DNA from: Zygnema circumcarinatum SAG 698-1b
Lineage: Eukaryota; Plantae; Zygnematophyceae
Direction: 5' to 3'
DNA: 64,000 nucleotides
Assembly (NCBI GenBank): GCA_037447605.1
Contig: CM074809.1
Location: 1,168,689-1,232,688 of the forward strand
This document shows positions 24,622 through 36,774 of this stretch, one piece after another. The notes under the pieces were generated by a model, which was given only the letters and a program-made list of their open reading frames with translations, was not told the DNA's origin and did not search any database. Position numbers and translations under genes: made by a program. Every line of letters begins with the position of its first letter. Position 1 is the stretch's first letter.

Positions 24622-27610
24622 CTATTTTGGCTTCTGCGCAGTTATGAGAGCAAACTTGATCAGCCCTCTTTGAAAGCCTTGCACCATGAGAAACATGGCT
24701 AATGCTCCCCGCATGGTTGTCCATCCTGCATGACAGAGCAGGTATGTGAGCGGGGGGGAACAGAGAGGGAACACTGATCCAAGACTCTTAGTTTAAGGTC
24801 TCCTAGTTTATTGGACTCTTAATCCAATAGACTTGCAGTGCACAGCAGGTCGTTTCAGCAGCAACGATGAAGAACCGTAAGGCCAGAAGAAGAACATTCT
24901 AGAATGGTGGAAGACCTTAAACTACGAGAGGAAATTATCGAAAGTGACTTCGAATGATGCAGCTGGCATCACTAACGTACCTGATCTCAGAAGCCCCACC
25001 AGGCCCTTTATGCTCATCGCAGAGGCAATAACTGCTGGCCAGAAGGGCGTTACGAACTCCGTCCAGTCAGTCGACTTTACCTCCTGCGAGTTCCTTCCCC
25101 CCCGTACGAAGTTACTAATGAAAATCTCCTATTACTTTCTCAAAACGAGCTCATTCACATCATAGAAAAAGTTGCATGCATGATAGAATGTCTTCGTCGG
25201 CCCATCGTCAAGAGGTTGGACGAGGAAAGGGGCATAGGCACACCTGTAAGCCAACTTCCTTGGCCAGCCTAACATAATCGTCCGCGGAGCACCAAGCTGG
25301 GAGATAGTAAGCGCTGCAGATTCTATCAAGAAGAGCCTGAAAACGAGCCATACAGAACCTCCCATCTGTTTGGCCTCAGAAACTTGTCATCCAAACAAAA
25401 TGAATGACAGCACCTGGCTTCATATTAAGAGCCAGAATCAAAATAACGACAATGCAAGAGATTACTATCAATTGGTCAAACGCGATGCAGTTTTAGTTTT
25501 TTTTTTTTTTTTTTTTTTTAGTTTTAGTTTTAGTTTTAGTTTTTTTTCAGTTCGCTCTGTAGTTTCGACATGAGATGTGAGAGAAACGGGAGATGGAATT
25601 GCAAGGAAGGCAAGGAAAGGAAAATGTCAGGGGAAAAGAAGAGTGGGGAAGAGGGCTTTGGAGGAGGACTTGTCCAACCCTCGGAATTCACCTCCTCGTC
25701 CCCTGTGAGCGAGGTCTCCCCCTCTTGCAGATTCCGGTGGCACCAAGTCACAATGATGATTCTTCCTCCCGGTGCCGTCACCCTCGCCAGTTCACCTACA
25801 AACTGACACCTCCGCCCCCCAGCTACGTCAGGCTACTTCAAAAAGTCACCCTCTGCAACAGTGAAAAGTCACCTGCACCATAGGAAACCAAAGAAAATGG
25901 TAACTTGAGAAAGGAATGGTGTAGCCCAAGAGAGTGGACAATAGAACCATTAATTCAAGTTCAAACTCGAGGTCGATCAAAAACATTGAAGCTACCTGGG
26001 GCTTGTTTGGCATGTGCTCTCCACTTTCCATAGACCAGACGAGATCAAACTCGCCATCAGGAAACGGCTGTTTAAGGGCATCCGCCACCTGTACGGTGAC
26101 CTGCAATCCAGATCCACGGAGCGAAATATTTTATCAAGGATGAACGAACATCACAGTGAGCAGTCGTGTTAACAGAATACTCAATGTTCCACAACCAATC
26201 ACCTCAGCTGAGGAACAAAACGTTCAGACAAAAAGCGTAATGTTCTTAAACATCAACCTTGCATTGCACCCCGGCCTGTTGAGTTCAACCCTTCGCAGCA
26301 TCAACCTTCGGCAATGCGCTAGTTACCTGATTGGCTAGTCCTTGGGCGGCACAAATGGCATTGGCCCTTTGAGCCTGCACAGGGCTCAAAGTGATCCCTG
26401 TCACCTTAGCTCCATATTTCCTTGCCAGGTGGCGAGCACTGCCCCCAATACCGCAGCCTACATCAACGACGGACCGAGGCCGTTCGTTCTCTCCAGCTGT
26501 TGTTCCAGCAACAGGAGAAATACAATGAAACAACACATCATCGTTAAATGTATAACTCTCAAAGAAAAAGGCCAGTCACGACAGTGGAGAGTCGAGCGAC
26601 GGATCAACAAAGCCTGCTCCATGGACATTTCAAAATTATCCAAATCCATTTTTGAACATTCCGCCGCATCAACACCAGAAGCAGCTAAACAAGTCATTTA
26701 GCAACTAAACTTGAGTGAGCAAGGACGCCACCAAACAAGTATCTAAGTGTACCAGGAATGCCGGCCCACGAAAGCGAGTTCTCGATCATATCGATCTGTG
26801 CTTGGCGGTGATCCACCGTTTGACCCAGAGGGTAATAGCCGTGGTGCATGTGCTCTCCCCACATATCTTCCCACAAGCTTGACGAAGCATCATAAAAGCT
26901 CGCAATGCCCTGCTTCAGCTCCACATTATCGTCCACTACCGCTTCCTGAAAGGGCAGAACAACAAGAATTTTGGCTTTAGTAGGTTTAAGAAATTGAAGC
27001 CAAACCTGAGCGTTTCGGCTATGCGTATTGCAGCTTGACGAGCCTCAGTGGCTGTTTGAGATCCACGGATGGTAAGTACAACCGAAGATGGGTAGACGGA
27101 TAAAGCCACTTTAGCAAGGATATAAACACCTAAACCTGTCTTCTGGCAATATCTCTACTCGCCAATTCCAGAATGCAATGCATGAAGTTTTTCCAAACGC
27201 CCTGGTGGAGAAACGGCCCATTTCAAAGACAAGAAACTTTCCACGATCGACTAGTTCACTATTGACTTGAGAGCGGCAGTTTAAAACGTTGAGTTGCTGT
27301 TCTATTTATGAGCAGTTCAAGACAGCGAGTGAAATCGTTCCGCAGCACATGAAAACAAGCACGATGGGAGCACCTGCACGACTGTAGCTTTCGCAGAAAC
27401 ATCGCACATTGTCCTTCTCTTATAAATTCTACAGGGCGCAGCTACAGCTGGCGACGATGAGATGCCTTGCGCAGTAATAGCTTGCAGACGGACGGACTTG
27501 CGTTGAGCGTGGGAAGAAAAACTTGAACAACCTGCAGAATAATTCCCTTTAAGAGGCGACAGCGGGCAGACAGAGGGCGCTGCAAAACGGGCGCTGTTGA
27601 CCAGAGCCAT
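24622..27610 (-). CDS. VTE4: Gamma-tocopherol methyltransferase, 8 exons, N-terminal transit peptide
   Basis: Exons read ELKQGIASFYDASSSLWEDMWGEHMHHGYY, VVDVGCGIGGSARHLARKYG (SAM motif I), ADALKQPFPDGEFDLVWSMESGEHMPNK, ELARVTAPGGRIIIVTWCHR, ICSAYYLPAWCS, DWTEFVTPFWPAVI, GWTTMRGALAMFLMVQGFQRGLIKFALITAQKPK*. Confidence 0.95.
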
Positions 27611-27850
27611 GGCTGCCACTGCCCTTTATACTCCCTTCCCTCCCTCTGCCTCTCGCCTATGTCTGACGGACGCTTCTCCATTCCAAGAGCTTCCTTAAAA
27701 AAGGGAAGGAATTCCTTCTCTATGTGCACAGTTATGTCACAAAATTCCAGTTCTCGCATGGAAACGAGGGGTCCAGATCCATATAAATTACGCCAACTGT
27801 TCGACATGGAACGTCTTCCGCGTTCAAAAAAGCACCGGAGGGCTGAGTGC

Positions 27851-28499
27851 CACGTGTCGCCTCCACAAGCAACCAAATTGCCAGCTGTGTCTGCCACGTG
27901 GACTAAACTGTGTTTCCGTGCTTCGAATTGAAAAATCCAGTTACCCGTTTGTTTGCGGAAACCAGCCCGACTCGAGTTTCCAACCCGCGGTTTGGAGCGG
28001 TGGGCAAATCTGCAAATCCGCAAATCCGCAAATTCGAATTTCTAACGAACTTGAACCGGAGGGCGGAAAAGTACGGACATGCTTGATTCCAGCCAATGTC
28101 AGCAAGCCACGTGTCATCCACGTGGCATTATAGTATTAACCATTTGAAATTCCAAAATCTGGTCGCCACGTGGCGACTCCCGCCACGCTTTCCGCGCTCA
28201 GTTCGGACAAAACTGCTCTTTGACCGAAACTGGCGGTCCGCTTCGGCCGTGCGGTTACCGGTCACCGCCAGAAGCTCTCATTGGCTGGGAGACACGTGGC
28301 ATACGCGGAGATTGGCCCCGAAGGCCCTACGAATGAGAGGCCGTGGAGGCCCCCCATTGGCTGAGAAAAATCGTGGTTCTCCTTTTGCGTGCGGTTACCG
28401 GTCAACCTCAGCGATCGTCCAGCACGGCGGACGTGGACAAAAAGTCAGATATTTTTTGTTTTTAATTTTCGACGTGGCGGAACCTAACGGCGTCACGTG
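27851..28499. promoter_or_regulatory. G-box/CCAAT-rich putative bidirectional promoter between VTE4 and VTE2
   Basis: CACGTG at 27851, 27895, 28108, 28119, 28167, 28293 and 28494. CCAAT at 28093; ATTGG at 28280, 28311 and 28356. CCAAT-N9-CCACG at 28093-28111. Perfect 16-bp palindrome GTCGCCACGTGGCGAC at 28162-28177. Confidence 0.65.
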
Positions 28500-29294
28500 G
28501 ACAAAAATGTCGGTTGCTTGTCTGCCGAGCATCTCGGAGCCCTCGAAGGCGGCCGCCGCTAGCGGACAAGCGCCGGCGACGGCGGTCCCTAGGAGTCACT
28601 CCCAGTGGTCCCCCGCGGTCCACCCACGGTCACTGACGTCCCTTTCGTCCCTCCACGCGTCCCGGCGGCCGCGCTTTTGTCCCCTCAGATCTTTTCTCGC
28701 GTCCTTGAGCTGACGGCTGTCCGGGTCCGACCTGGCATCGCCCACTTTCAGTTACAAAGCCGTACAACGCAACTTCTTGCATTTCTCTGCATAGAAACCA
28801 GTTTGCATTCTCGTCGGCTTCTGTGGTTAGAGCCACAGCCGAGGGAAAATGTTGCTGCCAACCGGCGGTTCACCGTAATCCGTCGGATTCCACCGCCGAA
28901 AGGACGCAATCAGTGACCGTGGTGCTGGACGCGAGCGTCCGTCTACCGTACAAATGAAGCTTGGAGGGCAGCTTAAAGGTGTTGCTCACTTTCAGCATTT
29001 TCCAGACGCCGCTCCTGCAAGCTCTTGCAGGCAGGTACTTGGAGAGGGGGTGCTTGCTTCCAACTGCAGCTTATTGATTCCTTGGAGCAGGATATTGAAA
29101 TTTGTGGCAGATGTTGCACCTCCAGCGTGTTATCTAGCGGGCTGCTTCTTGTCACTTGCAGGTGACGAGATTACATCAGTTAAGCGGCGCTGCTGGACAA
29201 CATAATTTTTTGAAGCTGAAACCTTTTTTACCTTTGAGCTGTACAAGAAACGCCTTCATTGAGAAAAGAAAGGTTCTTTAGTTGACGTTTCAAT

Positions 29295-32200
29295 ATGATT
29301 TCATACGGCGGCTCTCGAGTGGCTTCAAGCGCCACCTTAATGCCTCAATCTGCGCTTCCACGCCCTTCGGCTGCTCGAAAGCTTGAAGATGGCAGAGCTG
29401 TACCAGCTAATTTTAATCTACAAGCGCAGCTTTTAGGTGCGTTCCGTTCTTCTGGTCGTTCTCAAATTCAATTAAGGATGTCCCTTAAGATTCTTTTTGG
29501 TTCTTGGTCAGAATTTTCAATATGGGAAGTGACCAAATTTTCTATTGTTTGTCTAAGATATTATTCAAACCTTCAGCTTTGATCTACGGTTGGCAAGGGC
29601 ATTTTGTTGCACAGTTCGACGATTGTCTGTGCTCGTGCACCAGAAAGACTGTAGATCTCTGAACGAGTCAATTAACTCGCTCAGAAAACAAGCAGCTTTC
29701 AATTTATTTTTGCAAGTCAGGGAGCCTTTTTTGAAGTATGAGCATTTGCACCGAATAGCTACTGTTTTTTGTATACATAATTGTGGAGCAGGATCTGCAT
29801 TTGTTTCTTACAGTGTTTCTTGTTATTTAAAAAAGAAACTCAAAAACTTTCTTCAGCTTAGTTTATCATCTGGTTCATGTGACAGAGGGGCAATATTTTT
29901 TGCAAACGAATAAATTTTGCAAATATGACGTAGTGATTTTGTCTTGCCCTTTCTTTTTCTATTTTTTTAATCTCGTTATTTAAGGTTTAAAACTAAATTG
30001 GAAAGGTCTTCCTGAAACTTGGAAAGGTCGAATGCATCATGACACCTTTTGTGGTTCTTGCACTGCAGAATGTCATGCAACAAGTCATATTCCGCTGGGT
30101 CGTCAGGTTTCACAATGCAAGCTGGCAAGCCCAGTTAGATTGAGCCAGCTGGCGGGCGGTCGGCTAGTATCTCGAAAGCAGTTCTCAGATACAATTCGGC
30201 ACCGCAAGCCTAGCTGTAGAAACAGAGATGGAAATGGCGCAATAACTGCGACAGCCACTCCTCGAGATATAGAGAGTAGCTCCACTTTGCAAAGTAACTA
30301 TTACTCTTCTGAATTATTACTCTTTTGTTTTCTGCATTCTGTTGCAGGCGTCCGTTTTCTGAAAACTGGTTCATGTACATTGAGAAGTTTCCTTTCTTTA
30401 AAGATTATTTGGTTGCTGCAACTGCATCGAATGGCTCTCTCAAATTATTAAGTGCTCAAAACGCCAAGGTTCTTAGAATCGCTAGAGCATGCATGAGTAG
30501 TGTCGTCCTTTACTCTTTTTAAAGGTGGGATTGGAACTGATTATTGTAGAGCAACACGAATCGGACACAGATTTTTCTTCAGCTCTTCTATGGATCGATG
30601 CCTTCTGGCGATTTACGCGGCCACACACCATGATTGGCACCGTAAGTAGTTCTTCATTCTTCGCTCTATCAAGCCTAATCAGAGACTGTCCTTGCAGCAG
30701 GAAGCCACTCCTTCACTCCTGTGAAGCCCTCTGACTTAGAATTGTGATATGCGAACGGGACTGGGGGCAGACTTTAAGTGTTTTTTCCGTTTCGCTGCTG
30801 GCAATGGATGCTACGACAGGACTTAGTGTCCCCTTCATCGCAGGCCTCCTGAAGGTATGTACCTGCTGTCCTTTCTGACTAGAACCTGCTCTGCCTACCT
30901 CAATGGACGTTTTCAATCCTTTGCCATTTGTGAGTCAACAGTTCTGTACCGATCGCCGACGGAGGTCCGCTTCGCATTTGTTTAAGGGCTGACGTGGCCC
31001 TTGCAATCTATGTGCTTGAAACCGTACTACTTCTATGAAATGATGAGATGCTGACAATCGTTTCTGACTGTTTATACAGGCCGTGGTGCCAGCGTTGTTA
31101 ATGAACATCTACATCGTCGGCTTGAACCAACTCTCTGACATAGAAATTGACAAAGTATGTTGGACCCACTTCATTCCACGCTCGTAGGGTTCTTAGGGAA
31201 ATTCCTTTTTTAATCCTGGGGACGGCGGATGGTCAAAGGTTTTACAGTGAGAAATGGCCATTTTTTAAAGATTAGTCGAACCCGAATTAATGTGCCATGA
31301 TGTCTAGGATGATCTCTTTGTGACCAAGTTCCTTGCAGATTAGGTAGCACGGTATTTGAAATCATTACAGCTTCTCGGTCATTTAGCTTCCTGGTGTTTC
31401 TTTGCACCGAATTAATTTTCATTGGACTTAGGTGGTAGACATTGTCAAATGGGGAGTTTGGCTTGAGCGGTTCCTATGAAATGAACAGTTGAATATAGCA
31501 TTGCTATACGCCACCATTTCGGCATCATTTATATCGAATGTTTGGTATCAGATACAGCAGCAACTGGAGAGTGTGTGCTGAAACTTGACACAAAACTTAT
31601 GAAACTTATGAATTTTATCTGTACATTTTCTGGGAATTTTGGATTAAGTCTTTTTGTCTCGCTGTGTTTGGACAAGGCTTAGAGATTAGTAGAATGCTTT
31701 ACAACCAAGTTCGAGTGTGATGGGCTCAATTACCATGTCTCTTCCTTCTCTGTCCTGCTATTATTGAACTCATCATGACATGAACCTGGCTAGCATCAGC
31801 CAAGCAGTTGAATTACTCCTCGTTGATTTGCAGACATTGAACAACATTTGACATGACATGTCTCTGTCTCTGTCTAGTAAGTTGTCTTGGCATAGTAGCC
31901 TGAGGTCACATGTAAGTCAGCGTGAAGTTTACTTAAATTGTGGCTTTACTTCAAATGGACAGCTTCACCTTCCTTTTTCGGTTTTGCAATTATTATTTAC
32001 TGAGGATGAAGGACGTGGGTGCATAGTGCAGGTGAACAAGCCATATCTTCCTCTAGCCTCTGGAGAGTTTTCTGTTGGGATGGGTGTAAGCATCGTCAGC
32101 ATTGCCGCCATTATGGTACGATGCCACTTTTGTCTTTGCAAAGGAAAAATAAAAATAAATACCAACAGGGCGGAATACCACCTGCTTATGTCTCCTGTCA

Positions 32201-34606
32201 TTTCATGTTCATGTGCTGAGTGTAGTTATGGGTTGTGGGCGACTTGTAGAGCTTGGCAATGGGAGTGGCGTCGGGCTCCACGGCGTTGCTCCTAACACTC
32301 CTTGTCTCGATGATCCTTGGCACGGCATATTCAATTGATGTGAGGAAAGCCTTCAATACCTCTTTTATTTTGGTAGTTTATTTGAAAGTCCCAATGTTGA
32401 AGCTCTTTGTGAGAACTGATAATTTCAGTATGCCTAGTCACCATGTGGAAAACTAACGCCTTGAGATTATCTACACTTCATTCTTCATTATGCGATCCGA
32501 AGAAGTCTTCCCACTTCCTCCATACGTCCTCTCCCCTTGATTTTTCTCCTGGAGGAACTTTTTCTGTGGTTCCTGCAGGGTGTTACCGAATTCCGTTCTT
32601 CTGTCTGTCTTAGTGACAGCCATGATTTAGGCCCTAAGAGGCTGGCTGTTTTGTCCTTTCGTTATGGGCGCTCGCAGAGCTGAAGGGGGATGGGGGTTGA
32701 CGCCTGCAGCTGCCTGGGCTGCGGTGGAAACGATTTCCGCTTGTGGCGGCAGGGTGCATCCTCGCAGTTCGAGCAGTGGTCGTGCAGCTTGGCTTCTTTT
32801 TCCACATGAAGGTGACTTTTTTTTGTGCAGGACATTAGAGAAAGTTGAGCGGCTAAGGGAGTTTGCAAGAGCATGCAGTACCTGTCTCGGAAGCCATAGC
32901 ATCCAGTTGATATTGTTAACGTCATTCTTGGTTGGGTGAGGGATGGGGTTGTCTACTGCAGTTTGCCTTGAACCGAGCAGCCGTTTTGAGCCGCCAACTA
33001 CTTTTTGCAACTTCATTCATGTGCCTTTTCTCTGTTGTTATTGCGCTGTTCAAGGTGGGTTGATACTAGATACCTCTGCACGCGGAAAATAGTCCTCCTT
33101 TCTTTTCCTTCTGCAATATATTGGTGTTGTTGCTGGCCATTCGTTCATCAGAGTACGTTTCTTCCAATCGAATCTATCTCGTTCACCCTCTGGTCAATCT
33201 ACACGAGCTGTCATGGAAGGTGGTTGGAGTTTGACTCCTCTGGCACCTACGGATGTTACACGAGGCAAATCCCCTGAAAAGCCTGATCAGTAGAAAAATG
33301 TCATCTCTTTCATTCTGATCCATCATGCAAATACCCACATAATGTATCCACGCCTTACTTCTGACCTCACCCATTCTGGAGAGGACGGAGAGGAACTATT
33401 TACAGCTTATGCAACATTCTAATATGCAGTGCCGAATGTGCGCGGGTTGCAGGACATCCCTGATGCAGAAGGGGATCGCAGATTTGGTGTGTTTTCGTTT
33501 ACAGTGCAATTGGGACAACAGAAGGTTTGCTTTGTTATCCCTACATGCTTGAGAGCTGAGAAGTGGAAAAGGAAAGAGGAGAAAACCTACAAAATTGATT
33601 TCACATTATATTCAGCAAGAGGAGAAACTCGTTTTTGTCCAATTATCTTATTTGGAGTGGGATCAAAGCCGGAAAAGTTTACGAGAGCCTGTATCAGAAA
33701 GCTAGCAAGCCTCATTGTCGACCGGCTGCTCTGGCAGGTGTTTTGGTTCTGTATCACCACCCTCTTGGCTGCATATGGAGGAGCTCTACTCTTTGGGTTG
33801 ACATGTTCTACAATGTGGAGCAAAGTCATCACTGTGAGTAAACTGACAGTTAATGCGTTATTGTGATGTCTGCCTAGGCTGATGAAGGGATCAGCAACAC
33901 GGTTATTTTCTTTCTTCATTAGTTGGAGGGATATTGTAGCGGAATTAGCTTTTTTTACGGCCAGTACTGTTTAGCCTGTCCAACATGTCTTCTACAGTGC
34001 CAGTTTTGTTAAGAGAGATTTGTCAGCAGATTGTTGTGTTGTCAGGGACTTTTAGGGTGACGTAAGCAGAGAATGCCACGTGCGGGAGGGAGGGCAGACT
34101 TTGGCACACAGCACCATGGCACTGCTGCTGTGGCAGCGAGCACAGGCAGCGGACTTGACTGATAAAGATTCCATCTACGAGACATACATGTTCGTCTGGA
34201 AGGTAAGAAGGTTTGCCTTGGTTCTGTCACGTGTCAATAAGAGTATTGCTGTGTCAAGGAACGGGTAGCGAATGGCAGATCACGCTTGTTGTAAGGTGTT
34301 GTCAAATCAGCCGTTCACACTTTCAGCCCCCCTGGAAACTCTGTAAAATCTGAAACCTAAAACCCCTAAGTCATAGTGGATGGGAGTCATTAAACGTCTT
34401 GTAACCAAATTGGTTCGGAAGGCAAGCAGTTGTTGATAAAATTTTTATGCGATTGCGGAGATATCGAAAGGAATCTGGGCTTTAGGGATACTAACTCGTA
34501 TGTGGACTTCAAGAAATTCAAATGTGGACTATGTGCGCTCTAATCATGGTGGTGATGGTTGCAGCTGTTCTATGCGGAGTATCTGCTGCTGCCCTTCTTT
34601 CGGTGA
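29295..34606 (+). CDS. VTE2: Homogentisate phytyltransferase (UbiA family), multi-exon; start codon approximate
   Basis: Exons read [143 protein letters not shown]. These are diagnostic of the HPT1/VTE2 clade rather than HST. Confidence 0.93.
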
Positions 34607-35328
34607 AGAATGGTCAGAGGGCAGACGATTCTTTTTCATGGCGCATGCCTTCATTTGGTAAAGCAATTATAGCTGGCCGGATATTTTCTGCCTCGCCATA
34701 AAGCCACCTCTCCTTTTGTCTCCACCTAGTTTTGCCCTCGGTTTGGCGACAAGTGTATAGCATTGTTTAGGGCTATAAGTATATACCACAGGATAGACAC
34801 TCCTAGATAATCCTAGTGAGTTTTTGCTTTGAGTTGACGAGGCCATGCCGTGCTATGGCCCTGTTGTCTTATTTTCCAAGGAACAAAGATTTATTCTTGG
34901 TTCAATAGTCATTCTTCGGAGGACGACTCTCAATCTCTGTACTCAAGTGGCGGAAAAGCCCGAAAACCCTGAAAACCCGGAAGGGGAAAGGGTGACGTAC
35001 ATGAAAGTGAAGAGGACATTTCTTGAGTGCAGTATGTGTTGACCGTCATGCTGCAGCTCTTCACATGGACACTTCCTCCGCTTCATGGGCTGATGACAAA
35101 TCGTCATTACTTAGGTTACTTAGGTTGTGAGCAAGTGCAAGGTTTTTGTCAATGGGGGGGGTAAATTTAGGCCCTAGTTACGGTGAAACAAGGTGTTGCC
35201 GATGCTGCCACATTGGCTCGCATGCAATGTTTGCACCTTCAATCTTGTCCTTGCAAAAATAAACCTAAACCCTGCACCATAAAAACTAAAAGAAAAGAAA
35301 CCGGTAAACCAGAGATATGTATCCTTGC

Positions 35329-35375
35329 CCCTAAAAACCCTAAAAACCCTAAAACCCCTAAACCCTAAACCTTAA
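35329..35375 (+). repeat. Degenerate interstitial plant telomere-like repeats (CCCTAAA)n
   Basis: ccctaaaaaccctaaaaaccctaaaacccctaaaccctaaacc. Similar short runs lie at ~43945-43970 and ~52780-52815 (reverse orientation). Confidence 0.7.
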
Positions 35376-35932
35376 AAAAATCAGAGTTAACTCCCATGTT
35401 GTCATACGACACAAATTTCTGACCTTGCACGAGGCGGACGGCGACCTGCTCCCTTCTCCCTCGCCCTCACCTCCCTCCCTCCCTCCCTTCATACCGTACG
35501 GACGGCACATGCAAATGCAGGAGACATGTGGCACGTCCACGAGCAAAGTCCAGCAATCTCGCACGAGGCAATCCAACGGTCAAATCGCAGCGAGGGGACA
35601 CGTGGCACGTTCAGGCTTGCCCGGCAGGCAGCCCCCTTCGGACCGCGTCCCGAACCGCCGCCCGAAGCTGCCGCCCGCCCCGCGCCGCCGCCGTACCGTT
35701 CGTACGCCCCTGCGTATGCGGCCTCTCCCCGTGGTAACAGCACCTCGCATGCACCAACAACATGTTGAACACGCCCTGCACAACATGCTCCACTCCCCCC
35801 CACGCTCCCTCTCCAATACCAAAATGCTATAGATGTAGCAAGAGCCCCAAAAGCCCTGCCCTAAATCTCTCTCTCTCTTCAGTGCACGTTTCCAGCGAGC
35901 TCCAGGAGCTCGCCAATGCCCCAAACGCCTCG

Positions 35933-36021
35933 TAGGTCCTTTGGGACCAGTTCCTCGTGGTTCCCCATGATGCTGATTTTGTCCATGTACATTTGATGGC
36001 CTGGCCATCGTGAGATCAATG
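35933..36021 (-). repeat. Third copy of the dispersed ~85 bp repeat
   Basis: The reverse complement aligns with 2250-2335, including AAAGGACCTA. Confidence 0.7.
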
Positions 36022-36697
36022 CCATGCCACTTCCTTCTCCTTGTATTGCTTTGAAACCGGAATTCCTAATCTTATTGCCCGCATGTGTTATTAGGGGCCT
36101 CAATTATTTTTAACCGATTCTGTGCAAATTTGATGGCGTTGCCACCGTGAGACCTATGCCCAATTCACGTCACGGTTTGCACACAAGTGTGCTATTTTGC
36201 AATTGCACTAACACACGAGTGTTGGTGTGCTTGTGTGCGCAATAATGTATTAATGTGCAGTGTGCTTGTGTGCATTGGTGTGCTAATGCTAGGAAGGAAG
36301 GGAGAGAGGAAACAGGGTCGGGATGGAAGAGAAGTGTATGGCACATCAGTCAGTAAAATTAATTTTGCTTCTTTTGCTTGAATGACTACATCATCACATG
36401 TAAGTGTCAAGAATGAGGGACTGAAGAAATATTTGTGGCAATTCAACATAGACATATCGACAGTCAACTGAATCCATGCATCACGCAATGGTTGACATGC
36501 AATTATTGATGTCCCACGACCTTTTCATCTCAGGCCCAAAAAAGAAATCCTTCTGACCGATGCGAAACCTGTCGCCTCCCACTCTCTCTCCTCCTAGGGC
36601 AGCCACCGCCCAAAGCGGCACCACGTGGACCGCCTGCCAAGCGGGAGGGGGGCCACTGCAAAGCATCGCCGGCAACTGTCATAGAGCCGCGTGCTGA

Positions 36698-36774
36698 CAC
36701 GTGGCTTATGACACATGGCCAGTGACACGTGGTTAGTGACACGTGGATGATGACACGTGGTTTGTCAACACGTG
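36698..36774. promoter_or_regulatory. Tandem array of (T)GACACGTGG G-box/ABRE-like units with 14-bp periodicity
   Basis: Cores start at 36698, 36712 (CACATG variant), 36726, 36740, 36754 and 36769. Confidence 0.7.

Noticed and set aside
36698-36774. CRISPR-like reading of the regularly spaced repeat
   Set aside because: The units are only 14 bp with ~5-nt linkers, there are no cas genes, and the context is eukaryotic.
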